Positions 10,081 through 20,621 of a stretch of DNA of 32,000 bases are shown here, piece by piece. Source of the DNA: Flavobacteriaceae bacterium. GTDB taxonomy: Bacteria; Bacteroidota; Bacteroidia; Flavobacteriales; Flavobacteriaceae. A program made the translations under genes and the position numbers. Position 1 is the first letter of the stretch. Each line of letters begins with the position of its first letter. The stretch spans positions 3,600,001 to 3,632,000 of the forward strand of contig OZ245049.1 in the NCBI GenBank assembly GCA_965224465.1, in the 5' to 3' direction. Under the pieces are notes generated by a model. The model had not been told where the DNA came from. It saw nothing but the letters and a program-made list of their open reading frames with translations, and did not search any database.

Positions 10081-10501
10081 TTCTATTGTGAATTCGGAAA
10101 ACATGATAATTGTCAGAAAGAGGACAATATTATCCTTATCTTAATGAAGGCGGTTTTTTAGCTGTTTTTGACTGTTGTTGTATTGTTAGGTAAAAAGTCT
10201 TTTTTTTGTCATAAAACAGGTGTTACTGGGTGGTTTTGTTACTTATTATAGCTTTTATTGATAGAAGTGTATCGAAGCCTTATGGGCTGTGCCTTAGGAA
10301 GCGTGGTAATTTTTACGGAATTGTCAAAAAATAACCTTTAAATGGAGGTTATTGTCGCTCGATATGTTGTTTTACGTGTGAATGCTTAAAATTACGCCTG
10401 ATAACTGAAGTTAAATAGAGATACTTTAACAAAGTTCTTTTTCTTGTTTTTAATTGTGAATTATGTAGTGTTTTTAAAAAAAAGAATTCGCTAATAATTA
10501 G

Positions 10502-10509
10502 TAAATTTG
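10502..10509 (+). promoter_or_regulatory. Candidate -7 box (TAAATTTG) upstream of the 10557 lipoprotein gene
   Basis: Exact TAnnTTTG match 47 nt upstream of the ATG at 10557. Confidence 0.35.
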
Positions 10510-10556
10510 TAGACTCTATTTTTAAGTTGAGAGTAGATGTTTATAATTTAAAGAAA

Positions 10557-11075
10557 ATGAAATATTATTTTGGAATACTCCTTTTGGTTATCGTTTGTGT
10601 TTCTTGTGGGCATAAAATGGAGCAAAAAGAAATCACGACTGTCAATGTAGATTCAATTGGATTAAAAGTTGGAATTGTAAATAGTGTTGGAGTCTTATTA
10701 AGTGAAGATGCTAGAACAGCATTAAAAACATGGGGAGAATACCAGAAAGTTGATATACTTATAGGTGAATTATTCAATACCTCTAAAAGTGACGTGCTTG
10801 AAAATGCAGGCTATTTTTCAGACAATATTCAGTTATTAAGAGATTCAATTCGTATTGAAGAATTGGATAATCCTAAAATTATTTCCCGTCTTAATATATT
10901 GCTGAATGAGAGTCTTAGATTAAAGGATATGACTGATATTCCTGCGATTTCAGATGCCGAAGTAACGGATGAAGTGAGAAATGTACTAAGAGCCTTCTCA
11001 TCGTTGAATATTAAAATTAATACACATTATAAAACTAAAAAAATAGAAAAAGTACTCAAAGACTTTAAATTCTAG
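10557..11075 (+). CDS. Hypothetical lipoprotein
   Basis: The ORF track starts at a TTG (10527). The ATG at 10557 gives MKYYFGILLLVIVCVSC|GH, a good lipoprotein signal peptide/lipobox. No family recognised. Confidence 0.6.
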   Translation: MKYYFGILLLVIVCVSCGHKMEQKEITTVNVDSIGLKVGIVNSVGVLLSEDARTALKTWGEYQKVDILIGELFNTSKSDVLENAGYFSDNIQLLRDSIRIEELDNPKIISRLNILLNESLRLKDMTDIPAISDAEVTDEVRNVLRAFSSLNIKINTHYKTKKIEKVLKDFKF

Positions 11076-11184
11076 TTTTTTTAAAAATGTTTTGGGTGCA
11101 AGTATTCTTCGTGTGTTTAGCTAAGTGACGTTTTTCTACGTTTAAAATTGTTGTTTCCTGTAGTTTTTTTTGGCATTAAAGATG

Positions 11185-11192
11185 TATTTTTG
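11185..11192 (+). promoter_or_regulatory. Candidate -7 box (TATTTTTG) upstream of the 1544-aa gene
   Basis: Exact TAnnTTTG match 17 nt upstream of the ATG at 11210. Confidence 0.35.
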
Positions 11193-11209
11193 GTAAAATT
11201 CAATTTTTA

Positions 11210-14200
11210 ATGAAAAAAATACTACTGTATATAGGTTTTGTAATCATAGGCGTTCATGCCAATGCTCAATATAATAAAACGGCTCCATGGGTACAAAATA
11301 AGGCTTCTAAAAAAGGCGTAAATTTAAAAAATACGCGTGTTTCTTTGCTTGATATTTCGAAAGAATTTGAATCGTATTGGGAAGGTAAAAATCGTTTTAA
11401 AAAAGGGAGTGGATACAAACCATTTAAAAGATGGGAAGATTATTGGAAGCATTGTACAGATAAAAACGGACAGATACCAACAGCTAATGTTTTGTATAAG
11501 GCATGGAAAGAGCATGTGGAATTAAGTGCAAGTTCGGCTAATTCCGATGCTAGTAATTGGCAGTCCTTTGGTCCTAAGACGATTTCAAATCACAAAACAT
11601 CTACGGCTAATTTGGGGCGCATAAACGTGATTGTTCCAGACCCGACAAATAATGCTGTTATTTATGCAGGAACACCAGCAGGAGGGATTTGGAAATCTAC
11701 AGATAGCGGAGCTTCATGGAAATCAATGAGTGATAAATTGCCTCAGATAGGAGTGTCTGGGATAGCTATTGATCCGAGTAGTCCGAATACTATTTATATC
11801 GCTACGGGTGATGACGATGCGTCTGACACAGAAAGTGCAGGTGTTTTTAAATCTACAGATGGCGGGATAACATGGAAAGAAACAGGATTAAAACCTTCAA
11901 ATTCTCCGAGTTCTATGAACGATATTTATATCAGTTCAATAAATCCGAATGTATTGTGGGTTGCTACAGATCAAGGATTGTTAAAAACAACAGACGCAGG
12001 AGTAACATGGGTTAAGACTTTTAATGGAAATGTAAAGGATGTAAAAATAAAACCAGGAGACGAGAGTGTAATTTATATAGCAACGCCTTCTAAATTTTAT
12101 AAGTCTGTAGATGGAGGTGATTCGTTTGTAGAGAAAAGTAATGGCTTGCCTTCTTCTTCGGGGAGATTTGTAATTGATGTAACCCCCGCAAATTCTTCGT
12201 ATGTATATGTCCTAAGTTCCAAAGGAGGTGCGGAAGAATATGCCTTTCAAGGAATTTATAAATCTACAGATGCCGGAGAAACTTTTACAAAATCTAGCAA
12301 TACAACAGATATCTTAGAGAGCAGTCAGGCATGGTATGATTTGGCTTTAGCTGTTTCGGATACGAATGCCGAAGAGATTTATGTAGGATGTTTAAATATT
12401 TGGAAGTCTAGTAATGGAGGAGGAGCGTTTGTAAAACTCAATAGTTGGAATGTACATGATGCTGCTTTTACACATGCAGACATTCATTATTTACGTTTTT
12501 TTAATAAAGAATTATTTGCGGGAACCGATGGAGGGTTCTATAAAAGTACAGATAAAGGATCTTCTTTTGTAGACCTAACACAAGGAATGCAGATAGGTCA
12601 GTTTTATCGTATTTCAGTTGCAAAATCTGATGCTTCTAAGATGGCAGGAGGGCTGCAAGATAATGGAGGTTTTGGATTGGCAGCTTCGGGCGAATGGATC
12701 AGTTACCATGGAGGCGATGGGATGGATAGTGCAGTAGATCCAAATAATAGCAATACCTATTATGGGTTTTCACAATATGGAGCTTCATTAACCGTATCCT
12801 ATGATGGTGGTTTAACATCGCAAATGTTGTTTTCCATTTCTCAAAATGAAACAGAAAAATATGGAAATTGGGTTACGCCATTGGTGGTGAATAACAAAGG
12901 AGAGATTTTTGCGGGATACAAATCTTTGATGCAATTTAAAAATGGAGATTTCCAAAAGATATCATCCGATTTTTCTTCAAATATAGAAGTACTAGAGATT
13001 GATGATAGTGATGAGAATAACATATATGTTGGTAATGGGACTCAGTTTTTTGCAAGTGCTAATAAAGGCGCTAATTTTACATTGTCAACTACGTTTGATT
13101 CTAATATTAATGCCATAGAAGTGCATTCTTCAAATAGTAATATTATATACGTAACAACATCAGGTAATGGATCTCGTGGCGTATATAGATCTAAGAATAA
13201 GGGAGCTAGTTTTGAAAATATCACTTATAATTTACCAAGCAATCAAGGATATCTAGATGTTGCGCATCAAGGGCGCCATTCACTAAATCCATTGTATGTG
13301 GCTACTACTTTAGGAGTTTATACAATGAATGATAGTGCGAATAAATGGGTGCCATTTGTGATACATCTTCCCAATGTTCCTGTACGTGATTTAGAAATTA
13401 CGTTGGATGATGAGAAACTGACTGCGGCGACCTACGGAAGAGGTATTTGGCAAACAAATATTCCAGTAGAAGTACCGAGTAATGAAGTGCGATTGAAAAA
13501 AATAATAAGCCCTACTATTAACGAAGCTTCTTGTCAGAATACTATTTCTATAAACGTTGAGGTGGAGAATAAAGGGATTCAGGATATTACGGATTTGACA
13601 ATTAATTATAAAATTGATGGTGTTTCTGATTCCAAACAATGGACAGGACTTATCAAATCAGGAAAAATAAAGAGTATTAAATTTGATAATATTCCCGTGG
13701 AATTTGGAGTTCACAAATTAGAACTCACAGTGGTGTTAGCAAATGATACGTATCCGGATAATAATTCTGCTGTTACTAATTTTTCAGTAAATAGGTCTGG
13801 TGTTTTTGATCAATTAAACGATTTTGAAGGAGAAAATAATTTATTGACTTATAATGATGGAGTTCCAACGGCAAGCGTATGGGAAAGAGGAGTGCCAACA
13901 GGTACGATATTAAAAGCAGCAGCTTCGGGTACAAATGTGTATGGTACTGTATTGTCTGGAAATCATCCAGATAGAACAAAAGGCTATTTGTATACAGGTT
14001 GTTATGATTTGTCTGCCATTGTTGATCCTGCTTTTAAGTTTAAGATGGCTTTTAAGTTGGAACAGAATTGGGATATTATCTATGTGGAGTACTCTACGAC
14101 CAAAGGTGATTCGTGGAACGTATTAGGAACAAAAAACGATCCTAATTGGTACAACAGCGATCGAACCAAAGAGACCTCTGGAACCGATTGTCATAATTGC

Positions 14201-15844
14201 CAAGGAGCGCAATGGACAGGTGAGAATACCACGATGACAGAATACGTATACAATCTTGCGCCTTTAGCAGCAAAACAAAATATTGTTTTTAGATTTGTTT
14301 TTCACTCAGATGATGCGACCAACGAAGAAGGTGTAATTATAGATGATTTTATAATTAGTCAAGAAGGAACGGTAGATGATGATAATGACAATGATGGGGT
14401 TCTTAATGGTGATGATAATTGTCCAAATATAGCCAATCCAGATCAAGCGGATGCAGATGGTGATGGCATAGGGGATGTATGTGATGAAGACGATGATAAT
14501 GATGGTGTTCTAAACGATATGGATAATTGTCCTACCGTAGTGAATGCAGATCAATTGGATACAGATAAAGACGGTGTAGGAGATGTTTGTGATGCCGATG
14601 ATGATGGAGATGGTGTTGCCGATGTAGATGATAATTGTCCATTAACTTCAAATCCAGATCAAAAAGATGCAGATAACAATGGCATAGGTGATGCTTGTGA
14701 AGATACGGATGGAGATGGGGTTTTTGATGATGTTGATAATTGTCGAACAATAGCAAATGCCAATCAATTAGATACTGATTATGATGGGAAAGGAAATGTA
14801 TGTGATACGGATGATGATGGAGATGGTGTTTTAGATGCTGTTGATAATTGTCCGTTAATTTCAAATGCAGATCAATTGGATACAGATAACGATGGAGTAG
14901 GAGATGTTTGTGATACAGATGATGATGGAGATGGTGTTTTAGACACTGCAGACAACTGTCCTCTTATTGCGAATGCCGATCAAGCAGATGATGATTCAGA
15001 TGGTATAGGGAATGTTTGTGATTATGATAAGGATAATGATGGCGTACTAGATCAAAATGACAATTGTCCAAATACTCCTTCGGGAGAAATGGTAGATGTG
15101 AATGGTTGTAAGGTGTTTACGCTTCCAGCTTCTAATTTCAAGTTAGCGCTTAATAGTGAGACCTGTAGAGGGAGTAATAATGGTTCAATAGAAGTTAGTG
15201 CGGTGAAGGAGTTAGATTATACGGCTGTTATTTCTGGAGACACAAGTGCTACAGTTATGTTTAAAAATCAAACCGTGTTTTCGGGCTTAAGTGCAGGTAA
15301 ATATAAAATATGTATTACGGTTGACGGTGAAACGACTTACAAAATTTGCTTTGAAGTTGTAATTACGGAACCGAAGCCTTTGTCTGCGTTTGCAAAAGTA
15401 AATACCAGTGCTAAAACAGTAAATATGACTGTTCAAGGAGGGACTACGTACTATGTGCGTGTAAATAAAAAACAATTTGTATTTAAGAAAAACAACTTTA
15501 CGTTGGACTTGAAGCCAGGTGTTAATACTGTTAGGATTACTACAGATAAAGAATGCCAAGGTGTGTATCAAAAATTAGTGACAATTCCGTTCGAAGGTTT
15601 AAAAGCATATCCAAACCCAGTGACCCAAGGATCGGTTATTTATTTGCAAACAGGTTCTGTAGTGTCAGACAAAATTTCAATTAAAATGTTTTCAACTACG
15701 GGGAGTAAATTGTATAGTAAAATATACACTAATAATGCTCAAAGACGTATTGAAATCGAAACACATAATTTACCAAAAGGTGTTTATATTCTGCATATGG
15801 AAACGGCAGAAATAAAAAAGAATTACACAATAATTATTAAATAA
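11210..15844 (+). CDS. Large T9SS-secreted surface protein: Asp-box (BNR/sortilin-like) propeller region, CARDB-like domain, thrombospondin type-3 Ca-binding repeats, SprB-like repeat, Por/T9SS C-terminal sorting domain
   Basis: Signal peptide [20 protein letters not shown]. About 10 SxDxGxTW/F Asp-boxes ([32 protein letters not shown]...). 6-7 units of DxDxDGxxDxxDNCPxxxNxDQxDxDxDGxGDxCD. [11 protein letters not shown] motif. C-terminus [16 protein letters not shown]...[12 protein letters not shown]...YTIIIK is typical of a type-A T9SS CTD. Confidence 0.85.
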   Translation: MKKILLYIGFVIIGVHANAQYNKTAPWVQNKASKKGVNLKNTRVSLLDISKEFESYWEGKNRFKKGSGYKPFKRWEDYWKHCTDKNGQIPTANVLYKAWKEHVELSASSANSDASNWQSFGPKTISNHKTSTANLGRINVIVPDPTNNAVIYAGTPAGGIWKSTDSGASWKSMSDKLPQIGVSGIAIDPSSPNTIYIATGDDDASDTESAGVFKSTDGGITWKETGLKPSNSPSSMNDIYISSINPNVLWVATDQGLLKTTDAGVTWVKTFNGNVKDVKIKPGDESVIYIATPSKFYKSVDGGDSFVEKSNGLPSSSGRFVIDVTPANSSYVYVLSSKGGAEEYAFQGIYKSTDAGETFTKSSNTTDILESSQAWYDLALAVSDTNAEEIYVGCLNIWKSSNGGGAFVKLNSWNVHDAAFTHADIHYLRFFNKELFAGTDGGFYKSTDKGSSFVDLTQGMQIGQFYRISVAKSDASKMAGGLQDNGGFGLAASGEWISYHGGDGMDSAVDPNNSNTYYGFSQYGASLTVSYDGGLTSQMLFSISQNETEKYGNWVTPLVVNNKGEIFAGYKSLMQFKNGDFQKISSDFSSNIEVLEIDDSDENNIYVGNGTQFFASANKGANFTLSTTFDSNINAIEVHSSNSNIIYVTTSGNGSRGVYRSKNKGASFENITYNLPSNQGYLDVAHQGRHSLNPLYVATTLGVYTMNDSANKWVPFVIHLPNVPVRDLEITLDDEKLTAATYGRGIWQTNIPVEVPSNEVRLKKIISPTINEASCQNTISINVEVENKGIQDITDLTINYKIDGVSDSKQWTGLIKSGKIKSIKFDNIPVEFGVHKLELTVVLANDTYPDNNSAVTNFSVNRSGVFDQLNDFEGENNLLTYNDGVPTASVWERGVPTGTILKAAASGTNVYGTVLSGNHPDRTKGYLYTGCYDLSAIVDPAFKFKMAFKLEQNWDIIYVEYSTTKGDSWNVLGTKNDPNWYNSDRTKETSGTDCHNCQGAQWTGENTTMTEYVYNLAPLAAKQNIVFRFVFHSDDATNEEGVIIDDFIISQEGTVDDDNDNDGVLNGDDNCPNIANPDQADADGDGIGDVCDEDDDNDGVLNDMDNCPTVVNADQLDTDKDGVGDVCDADDDGDGVADVDDNCPLTSNPDQKDADNNGIGDACEDTDGDGVFDDVDNCRTIANANQLDTDYDGKGNVCDTDDDGDGVLDAVDNCPLISNADQLDTDNDGVGDVCDTDDDGDGVLDTADNCPLIANADQADDDSDGIGNVCDYDKDNDGVLDQNDNCPNTPSGEMVDVNGCKVFTLPASNFKLALNSETCRGSNNGSIEVSAVKELDYTAVISGDTSATVMFKNQTVFSGLSAGKYKICITVDGETTYKICFEVVITEPKPLSAFAKVNTSAKTVNMTVQGGTTYYVRVNKKQFVFKKNNFTLDLKPGVNTVRITTDKECQGVYQKLVTIPFEGLKAYPNPVTQGSVIYLQTGSVVSDKISIKMFSTTGSKLYSKIYTNNAQRRIEIETHNLPKGVYILHMETAEIKKNYTIIIK
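14374..15110 (+). repeat. In-frame tandem coding repeats (~108-nt period) encoding the thrombospondin type-3 units
   Basis: Repeated gatgatgatggagatggtgttttagat...gataattgtcc...gatcaattggatacagat blocks. Some neighbouring units are near-identical at DNA level (e.g. 14812-14850 vs 14918-14950). Confidence 0.8.
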
Positions 15845-15845
15845 T

Positions 15846-16550
15846 ATGAAAAAGATACAGTATATAATAATTGCATGCGTCAGTAGTTTTCTCTTTAGTT
15901 GCGGAGGTGGGGGAGACGGCCCTGCTCCAGTAGATCCAGTAACACCCCCGGGTGCTGCGGAATTGGTGTTTCCTGCAAATAATGAAGAGTGCAATGCCGG
16001 AGTTTCAGTTTCGTCAACTCAGAGCAAGGTTGATTTTCAATGGACTGTAGGGACTAATGTAACGTCGTCAGAAGTAATTGTAAAAGATTTATTAACCAGT
16101 ATAGAGACAAAAACTACGAGTACGTCAAATCATGTAGAGATTACGTTAGGGAAAGATACACCTTATAAATGGTGGGTGATTTCAAAAGCCACGGGAACTA
16201 CACAAACTGCGAAGAGTCCAGAATGGAAATTTTATAATTCTGGTAATGCGGTAATTACCCATGCTCCGCTTGCTGCCGAATTTGTTGCTCCAGTAAATGG
16301 GTCTACTGTGGCGACAGGGACAGTAGTGATAGAATGGAAAGGAAGTGATGAGGATAATGATATGAGTACGTACGATGTTTATTTTGGAACTGTAGACCCT
16401 CCTACTTTCTTATATGGATCTGTAACGGCTCCAATACATAAAATAGAAAACATTTCTGTTACTGCCAATACTTATTATTGGAAAGTAGTCTCAAAAGACT
16501 CAAAAGGAAATTCTTCTACTTCTCTTGTATTTGAGTTTAGGGTAGAATAA
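15846..16550 (+). CDS. Lipoprotein with two Fn3-like modules, immediately downstream of the T9SS protein gene
   Basis: Lipobox FLFSC|GGGGDG. Two internally similar ~90-aa modules (FPANNEEC...YKWWVISK...EWKF and APVNGSTV...YYWKVVSKD...FEFRV). ATG lies 1 nt after the upstream stop. Confidence 0.7.
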   Translation: MKKIQYIIIACVSSFLFSCGGGGDGPAPVDPVTPPGAAELVFPANNEECNAGVSVSSTQSKVDFQWTVGTNVTSSEVIVKDLLTSIETKTTSTSNHVEITLGKDTPYKWWVISKATGTTQTAKSPEWKFYNSGNAVITHAPLAAEFVAPVNGSTVATGTVVIEWKGSDEDNDMSTYDVYFGTVDPPTFLYGSVTAPIHKIENISVTANTYYWKVVSKDSKGNSSTSLVFEFRVE

Positions 16551-16572
16551 AGTATTGAAAAATAGAATTTAA

Positions 16573-16597
16573 AGGCCGTTGAGAAACGGTCTTTTTT
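16573..16597. terminator. Rho-independent terminator shared by the convergent 15846-16550 and recX genes
   Basis: Stem aggccgtt / aacggtct (one G-T wobble) with loop gaga, followed by T6. Overlaps the recX stop codon. Confidence 0.65.
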
Positions 16598-17072
16598 AGG
16601 AACTAGTCCAGTCGTTTGTGATTTCGAACACAAGGGAACTTTCAAACCCTCGTCGCAATAGGAAATCAATTACTTTTTTCTTTTTTTTAAAATGATTGGA
16701 TTCTCTAGTGGTATCCCATTTTTTTTGAGCGAGTGTCTCTAGTGTTTTAAAGTATAAGGATTCCTCTATTTCTTTTAATCCAGATTTGATGTTGTAAGCA
16801 GATATGTTTCTGAATTTTAATTCGTTGGTGATGCGAATGCGTCCCCATTTTTTAATGTTAAATTTACCTCTAGCAAAAGCTTTAGAAAACCGTTCTTCGT
16901 TTAAAAAATTTTCCTGTAATAAATGCAGTAGTATAAGATCTTGAGCAGCAGGAATCATTCTTAGTTGGTAGAGTTTGTTCGCTACTTCCTTATGGCAGCG
17001 TTCTTGGTAAGCGCAATAGTGCTCCATTGCTTTAATTGCTTCCTGTACGGTATATGTTTTCTTAGCTTGCAT
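16596..17072 (-). CDS. recX: RecX family recombination regulator
   Basis: 158 aa. Helical-repeat pattern and conserved N-terminal YCAYQERCHKEV block typical of Bacteroidota RecX. Confidence 0.75.
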   Translation of the reverse strand: MQAKKTYTVQEAIKAMEHYCAYQERCHKEVANKLYQLRMIPAAQDLILLHLLQENFLNEERFSKAFARGKFNIKKWGRIRITNELKFRNISAYNIKSGLKEIEESLYFKTLETLAQKKWDTTRESNHFKKKKKVIDFLLRRGFESSLVFEITNDWTSS

Positions 17073-17086
17073 GAAGGCAAAGATAT

Positions 17087-17122
17087 AAAAAAGGGCATTC
17101 TACAGTGTAGAATGCCCTTTTT
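17087..17122. terminator. Bidirectional terminator after the RND efflux operon
   Basis: Near-perfect palindrome aaaaagggcattcta-cagtg-tagaatgcccttttt with A/T runs on both sides. Lies 19 nt past the RND gene stop. Confidence 0.75.
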
Positions 17123-17140
17123 AAATAGAGTTTTTTGTAT

Positions 17141-20100
17141 TTATGTTGTTTTCCAGCGTTTTGCTCTGTGCTTAAATTTAAGTGTGAAATAGAAGAGTAT
17201 TGGCACAATAATTAAGGTTAAGAATGTGGCAATAATTAATCCGTAAATTACGGTCCATGCAAGAGGTCCCCAAAAGGCAACATTGTCTCCTCCAAAATAA
17301 ATATGAGCATCAAACTCACTAAAGAGTGTAAAGAAGTTGATGTTTAATCCGATAGCGAGCGGGATCAATCCTAAAATGGTTGTAATAGCAGTTAGTAGTA
17401 CAGGTCTTAGACGCGCACGTCCAGCTTCTACAATACATTTGTACATTTCGTCTAAGGGTAATAAATCATGTTCATCTATATCCAGAGCCACCATGCGTCT
17501 GTCAATTAAGAGTTGGGCATAATCTAGGAGAACTACGCCGTTATTTACTACAATTCCTGCCAGAGAAATAATTCCCATCATGGTCATCATAATTACGAAT
17601 GGATTTCCAGAAATTACAAGTCCACCAAAAACGCCTATCAAACTCAAAAATATGGCAATCATAATAATGGTTGGCTTGGAGATCGAGTTAAATTGGAAAA
17701 TCAATATTAAAAATATCAATCCAAGTCCAGTGAAAAATGCACCTATTAAGAAGCCCATTTGTTTGTTTTGTTCTTCAATTTGTCCAGTATAATCAATTTT
17801 AATGTTTTCTGGGAGGTTTCTAAAACTCAACATTTCGTTTTGAATATGTCTTACAATTGCACTTGCATCCGTATACCCTGGTGCGAGTGCTGAAAATACA
17901 GTGACCACTCTTTCTGTATCTTTATGTTTGATGGCACTAAAACCAGAGCCGTTTTTTTGAGTAGTTATTGCAGAAACGGGAACTTCTTTTATCTGTCCAT
18001 TTGAAGGGTCTCTAAAAGTGATGTTTTGATTAAATACAGCACTTTTATTATACCTGTTTTCTTTATTAAATCGAACATATATGTCGTAGTCTTCACCTTC
18101 TTCTTTGTAAACCCCTGCTTTGGTTCCAAAAACTGCATTTCTTAATTGCTGTCCTACTTGTCCTGTACTCACACCAAGCTCTCCTGCTTTTTTGCGATCT
18201 ACTTGAACACGCATCGATGGTTTGTCCTTGTTTACATCTATCTTTAACTCATCAATACCAGCAATGTTTTTGGTATTGATAAAATCACGCATACGTTCGG
18301 CAGTTGCAATTAGTTCGTTGTAGTCTGGTCCTTGGATTTCTATGTTTACGGGTGATCCTGCAGGAGGCCCATCCATGTTTTTTTCAACAGAAATTAATAC
18401 GCCAGGGTAAATGCCAACCAATGCTTTTTGTACTTTCTGGCGTAGCTTCTCACTGTCCATCCCTCGTCTGTACTTGTATTCACGCATAGAAGCTGTGATT
18501 TTACCTTTATGTGGTAATTCTGCTTGAGATCCTCCATCTGTTTGAGGGTTCCCTGCCCCTTCACCAACTTGAGAAATTGCACTTTCTACCATAAAGTTAT
18601 AGTCTCCATCTTTGTAAATGGGGTCATTTAAAACCTCATATACTTTCGTTTCTATCTCTTTTGTAATGGTATTTGTTTTTTTGATATCTGTACCTTGTGG
18701 GTATTCTATGTAAACAATAATCTGATTTGGTTTATTGTCGGGGAAGAATTCTACTTTGGTTCGCTGTGTACTTAAAGACCATCCAAAAGCAATAAAAGAT
18801 ATAATTAATAGGATAAATGTTCCTATGCTATAAACGTAAGGTTTCCATCCGTTCATGGCACTAGCTAATTGACTTCCATACCAGTTTTCTAGTTTTGTTA
18901 AGATATGATCTTGAAAGTAATTGGCAGCTTTTCTTAGGAACAATCTGTAAATCCAAAGAAGGATAGCTGTTAGGATCATTAGCAGGCCTAAAGAGCGGTA
19001 TGCTCCGCCGAAAAACGTAATAAATAGTCCGATAGCTGAAATGATTCCTGTAATAATAAATATGTTTTTTATGGGCATATCTTTATCTTCAACGGTCATG
19101 AATTTAGAAACCAATACGGAGTTGAAAAAGATAGCGACAAATAAAGAGGATCCAAGAACAATAGATAGTGTGATTGGTAAAATCTTCATAAACTGCCCCA
19201 TAATTCCTGGCCACAAGCCTAAAGGTATAAATGCAGCGACTGTAGTTGCTGTAGAAATGATAATAGGCATTGCTATTTCTCCGATTCCTTTTTTTGCAGC
19301 TTGTACACGTGTCATTCCTTCTTCGTCCATTAATCTATAGGTGTTTTCTACCACCACAATACCATTGTCAACCAACATTCCAAGCCCCATAATAAGTCCA
19401 AAAAGAACCATTGTATTAAGGGTGTATCCTAAGAAATGTAAAATCATTAAAGACATAAACATAGACATAGGGATGGCGAAACCAACAAATAACGCGTTTT
19501 TGAATCCTAAGAAGAACATTAATACTGTTATGACTAGGAGTATACCAAATATAATGTTATTTACTAAATCGTCCACCTGTCCAATAGTTACAGAGGATTG
19601 ATCATTGGATGTAGTGATTTTAAGGTCTTTAGGAAGGTCTTTTTCTTTCGCTTCTTTTAGGATCTCATGTATTTGATCTATGGCGTTTACCATGTTTTTA
19701 CCTGCCCGTTTTTTTACGTCTAGCATCACTACTCTGTGTCCAAACTCGCGTGCGTATGTTGTAGTTTCTTTTTCTTTAAATGTTATGGTAGCAACATCTT
19801 TCAGGTAAATCGATTTCCCTTTTTCAGATTTAATTACAAAATCCCCTAATTGTTTAGGATTGTTAATCTCACCAATAATACGAATGGTTCTTCGCTGTCC
19901 GCTAGTGATAAAATTACCAGCTGACATAGTTACATTTCCCCTATTTATGGCGTTTATAATATCGTCAAAACTCACGATAGCAGCAGTCATTTTGTAAATG
20001 TCTACAGCCACTTCTACTTCTTTTTCTTGAGCTCCTCGGATGTCTACTTTCTTGATTTCTGGGAGGTTCTCTATTTTGTCCTGTAAGAACTCGCCAAATA

Positions 20101-20617
20101 CTTTTAGTTGTTCAACGGTGTAGTCTCCAGAAATATTAATATTTAGAATTGCGATTTCTTCGGACATGCTTAACGCAAATACATTAGGTTCTACTTTGGC
20201 ACCATTAAATGTAGGCCAATCTTCACCTGCAGTTTCTGTGTCTATTTCGTCTTTTACCTTTTGTTTGGCTTGGTCTATAGAGATGCTTTCGTCAAATTCT
20301 ACAATCACAATCGAGTAATCTTCTTGTGATGTTGAGGTGATTTCTACGACATTACTTACCCCTTTTAATTTGTCTTCTAAAGGCGTGGTAATGAGCTTTT
20401 CTATGTCTTCGGCAGTATTTCCAGGGTATATTGAGCTTACGTATATCTTTGTGCTTATAATTTCAGGGAAACTTTCTCTTGGCATATTAAAATAAGCAGA
20501 GACTCCTAAGAACAGAATCAATACCATCATTACATACGCCGATGTTTTGTTGTTTATGGCCCAGGATGATAATGCAAATTCTTTATCAACTTGTTTTTTT
20601 TGTTTTGTCATCATCAA
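17141..20617 (-). CDS. RND (AcrB/CzcA-type) efflux permease
   Basis: 1158 aa. 12-TM/2 large-loop architecture and typical RND blocks (FNMPRESFPEI, GLGMLVDNGIVVVEN, GIVVNNGVVLLDY). Confidence 0.9.
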   Translation of the reverse strand: MMMTKQKKQVDKEFALSSWAINNKTSAYVMMVLILFLGVSAYFNMPRESFPEIISTKIYVSSIYPGNTAEDIEKLITTPLEDKLKGVSNVVEITSTSQEDYSIVIVEFDESISIDQAKQKVKDEIDTETAGEDWPTFNGAKVEPNVFALSMSEEIAILNINISGDYTVEQLKVFGEFLQDKIENLPEIKKVDIRGAQEKEVEVAVDIYKMTAAIVSFDDIINAINRGNVTMSAGNFITSGQRRTIRIIGEINNPKQLGDFVIKSEKGKSIYLKDVATITFKEKETTTYAREFGHRVVMLDVKKRAGKNMVNAIDQIHEILKEAKEKDLPKDLKITTSNDQSSVTIGQVDDLVNNIIFGILLVITVLMFFLGFKNALFVGFAIPMSMFMSLMILHFLGYTLNTMVLFGLIMGLGMLVDNGIVVVENTYRLMDEEGMTRVQAAKKGIGEIAMPIIISTATTVAAFIPLGLWPGIMGQFMKILPITLSIVLGSSLFVAIFFNSVLVSKFMTVEDKDMPIKNIFIITGIISAIGLFITFFGGAYRSLGLLMILTAILLWIYRLFLRKAANYFQDHILTKLENWYGSQLASAMNGWKPYVYSIGTFILLIISFIAFGWSLSTQRTKVEFFPDNKPNQIIVYIEYPQGTDIKKTNTITKEIETKVYEVLNDPIYKDGDYNFMVESAISQVGEGAGNPQTDGGSQAELPHKGKITASMREYKYRRGMDSEKLRQKVQKALVGIYPGVLISVEKNMDGPPAGSPVNIEIQGPDYNELIATAERMRDFINTKNIAGIDELKIDVNKDKPSMRVQVDRKKAGELGVSTGQVGQQLRNAVFGTKAGVYKEEGEDYDIYVRFNKENRYNKSAVFNQNITFRDPSNGQIKEVPVSAITTQKNGSGFSAIKHKDTERVVTVFSALAPGYTDASAIVRHIQNEMLSFRNLPENIKIDYTGQIEEQNKQMGFLIGAFFTGLGLIFLILIFQFNSISKPTIIMIAIFLSLIGVFGGLVISGNPFVIMMTMMGIISLAGIVVNNGVVLLDYAQLLIDRRMVALDIDEHDLLPLDEMYKCIVEAGRARLRPVLLTAITTILGLIPLAIGLNINFFTLFSEFDAHIYFGGDNVAFWGPLAWTVIYGLIIATFLTLIIVPILFYFTLKFKHRAKRWKTT

Positions 20618-20621
20618 TAAA

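Noticed and set aside
10036-10526. Possible cobalamin riboswitch or other leader RNA upstream of the B12-dependent mutase operon. Small hairpins are present, e.g. aataacct-N8-aggttatt at 10331-10354.
   Set aside because: I could not recognise the conserved B12-box or any riboswitch core. The operon ATG is only ~37 nt from the candidate -7 box. The hairpins are short and isolated.
14532-14864. 110-aa His/Leu-rich ORF on the minus strand (and the similar small ORFs at 11324-15571).
   Set aside because: It is the antisense reading of the GAT/GAC-rich thrombospondin type-3 repeat DNA (ATC/GTC -> His/Leu-rich repeats), so it is an artefact of the coding repeat.
14374-15110. Regular ~108-nt tandem repeats that could superficially suggest a CRISPR-like or satellite array.
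   Set aside because: The repeats are in frame within the 1544-aa ORF and encode canonical DxDxDG Ca-binding units. There is no repeat-spacer structure with unique spacers.
15770-15994. 74-aa minus-strand ORF across the junction of the T9SS gene and the lipoprotein gene. Also 16475-16669 (-), across the terminator.
   Set aside because: They are antisense to well-supported genes or span a terminator hairpin. Low-complexity products.
17141-20617. The RND permease is ~100 aa longer than typical AcrB-type proteins, which could suggest a fused extra domain.
   Set aside because: The extra length is distributed in the periplasmic loop regions, and no separate domain signature is visible. This is within the normal range for Bacteroidota RND pumps.
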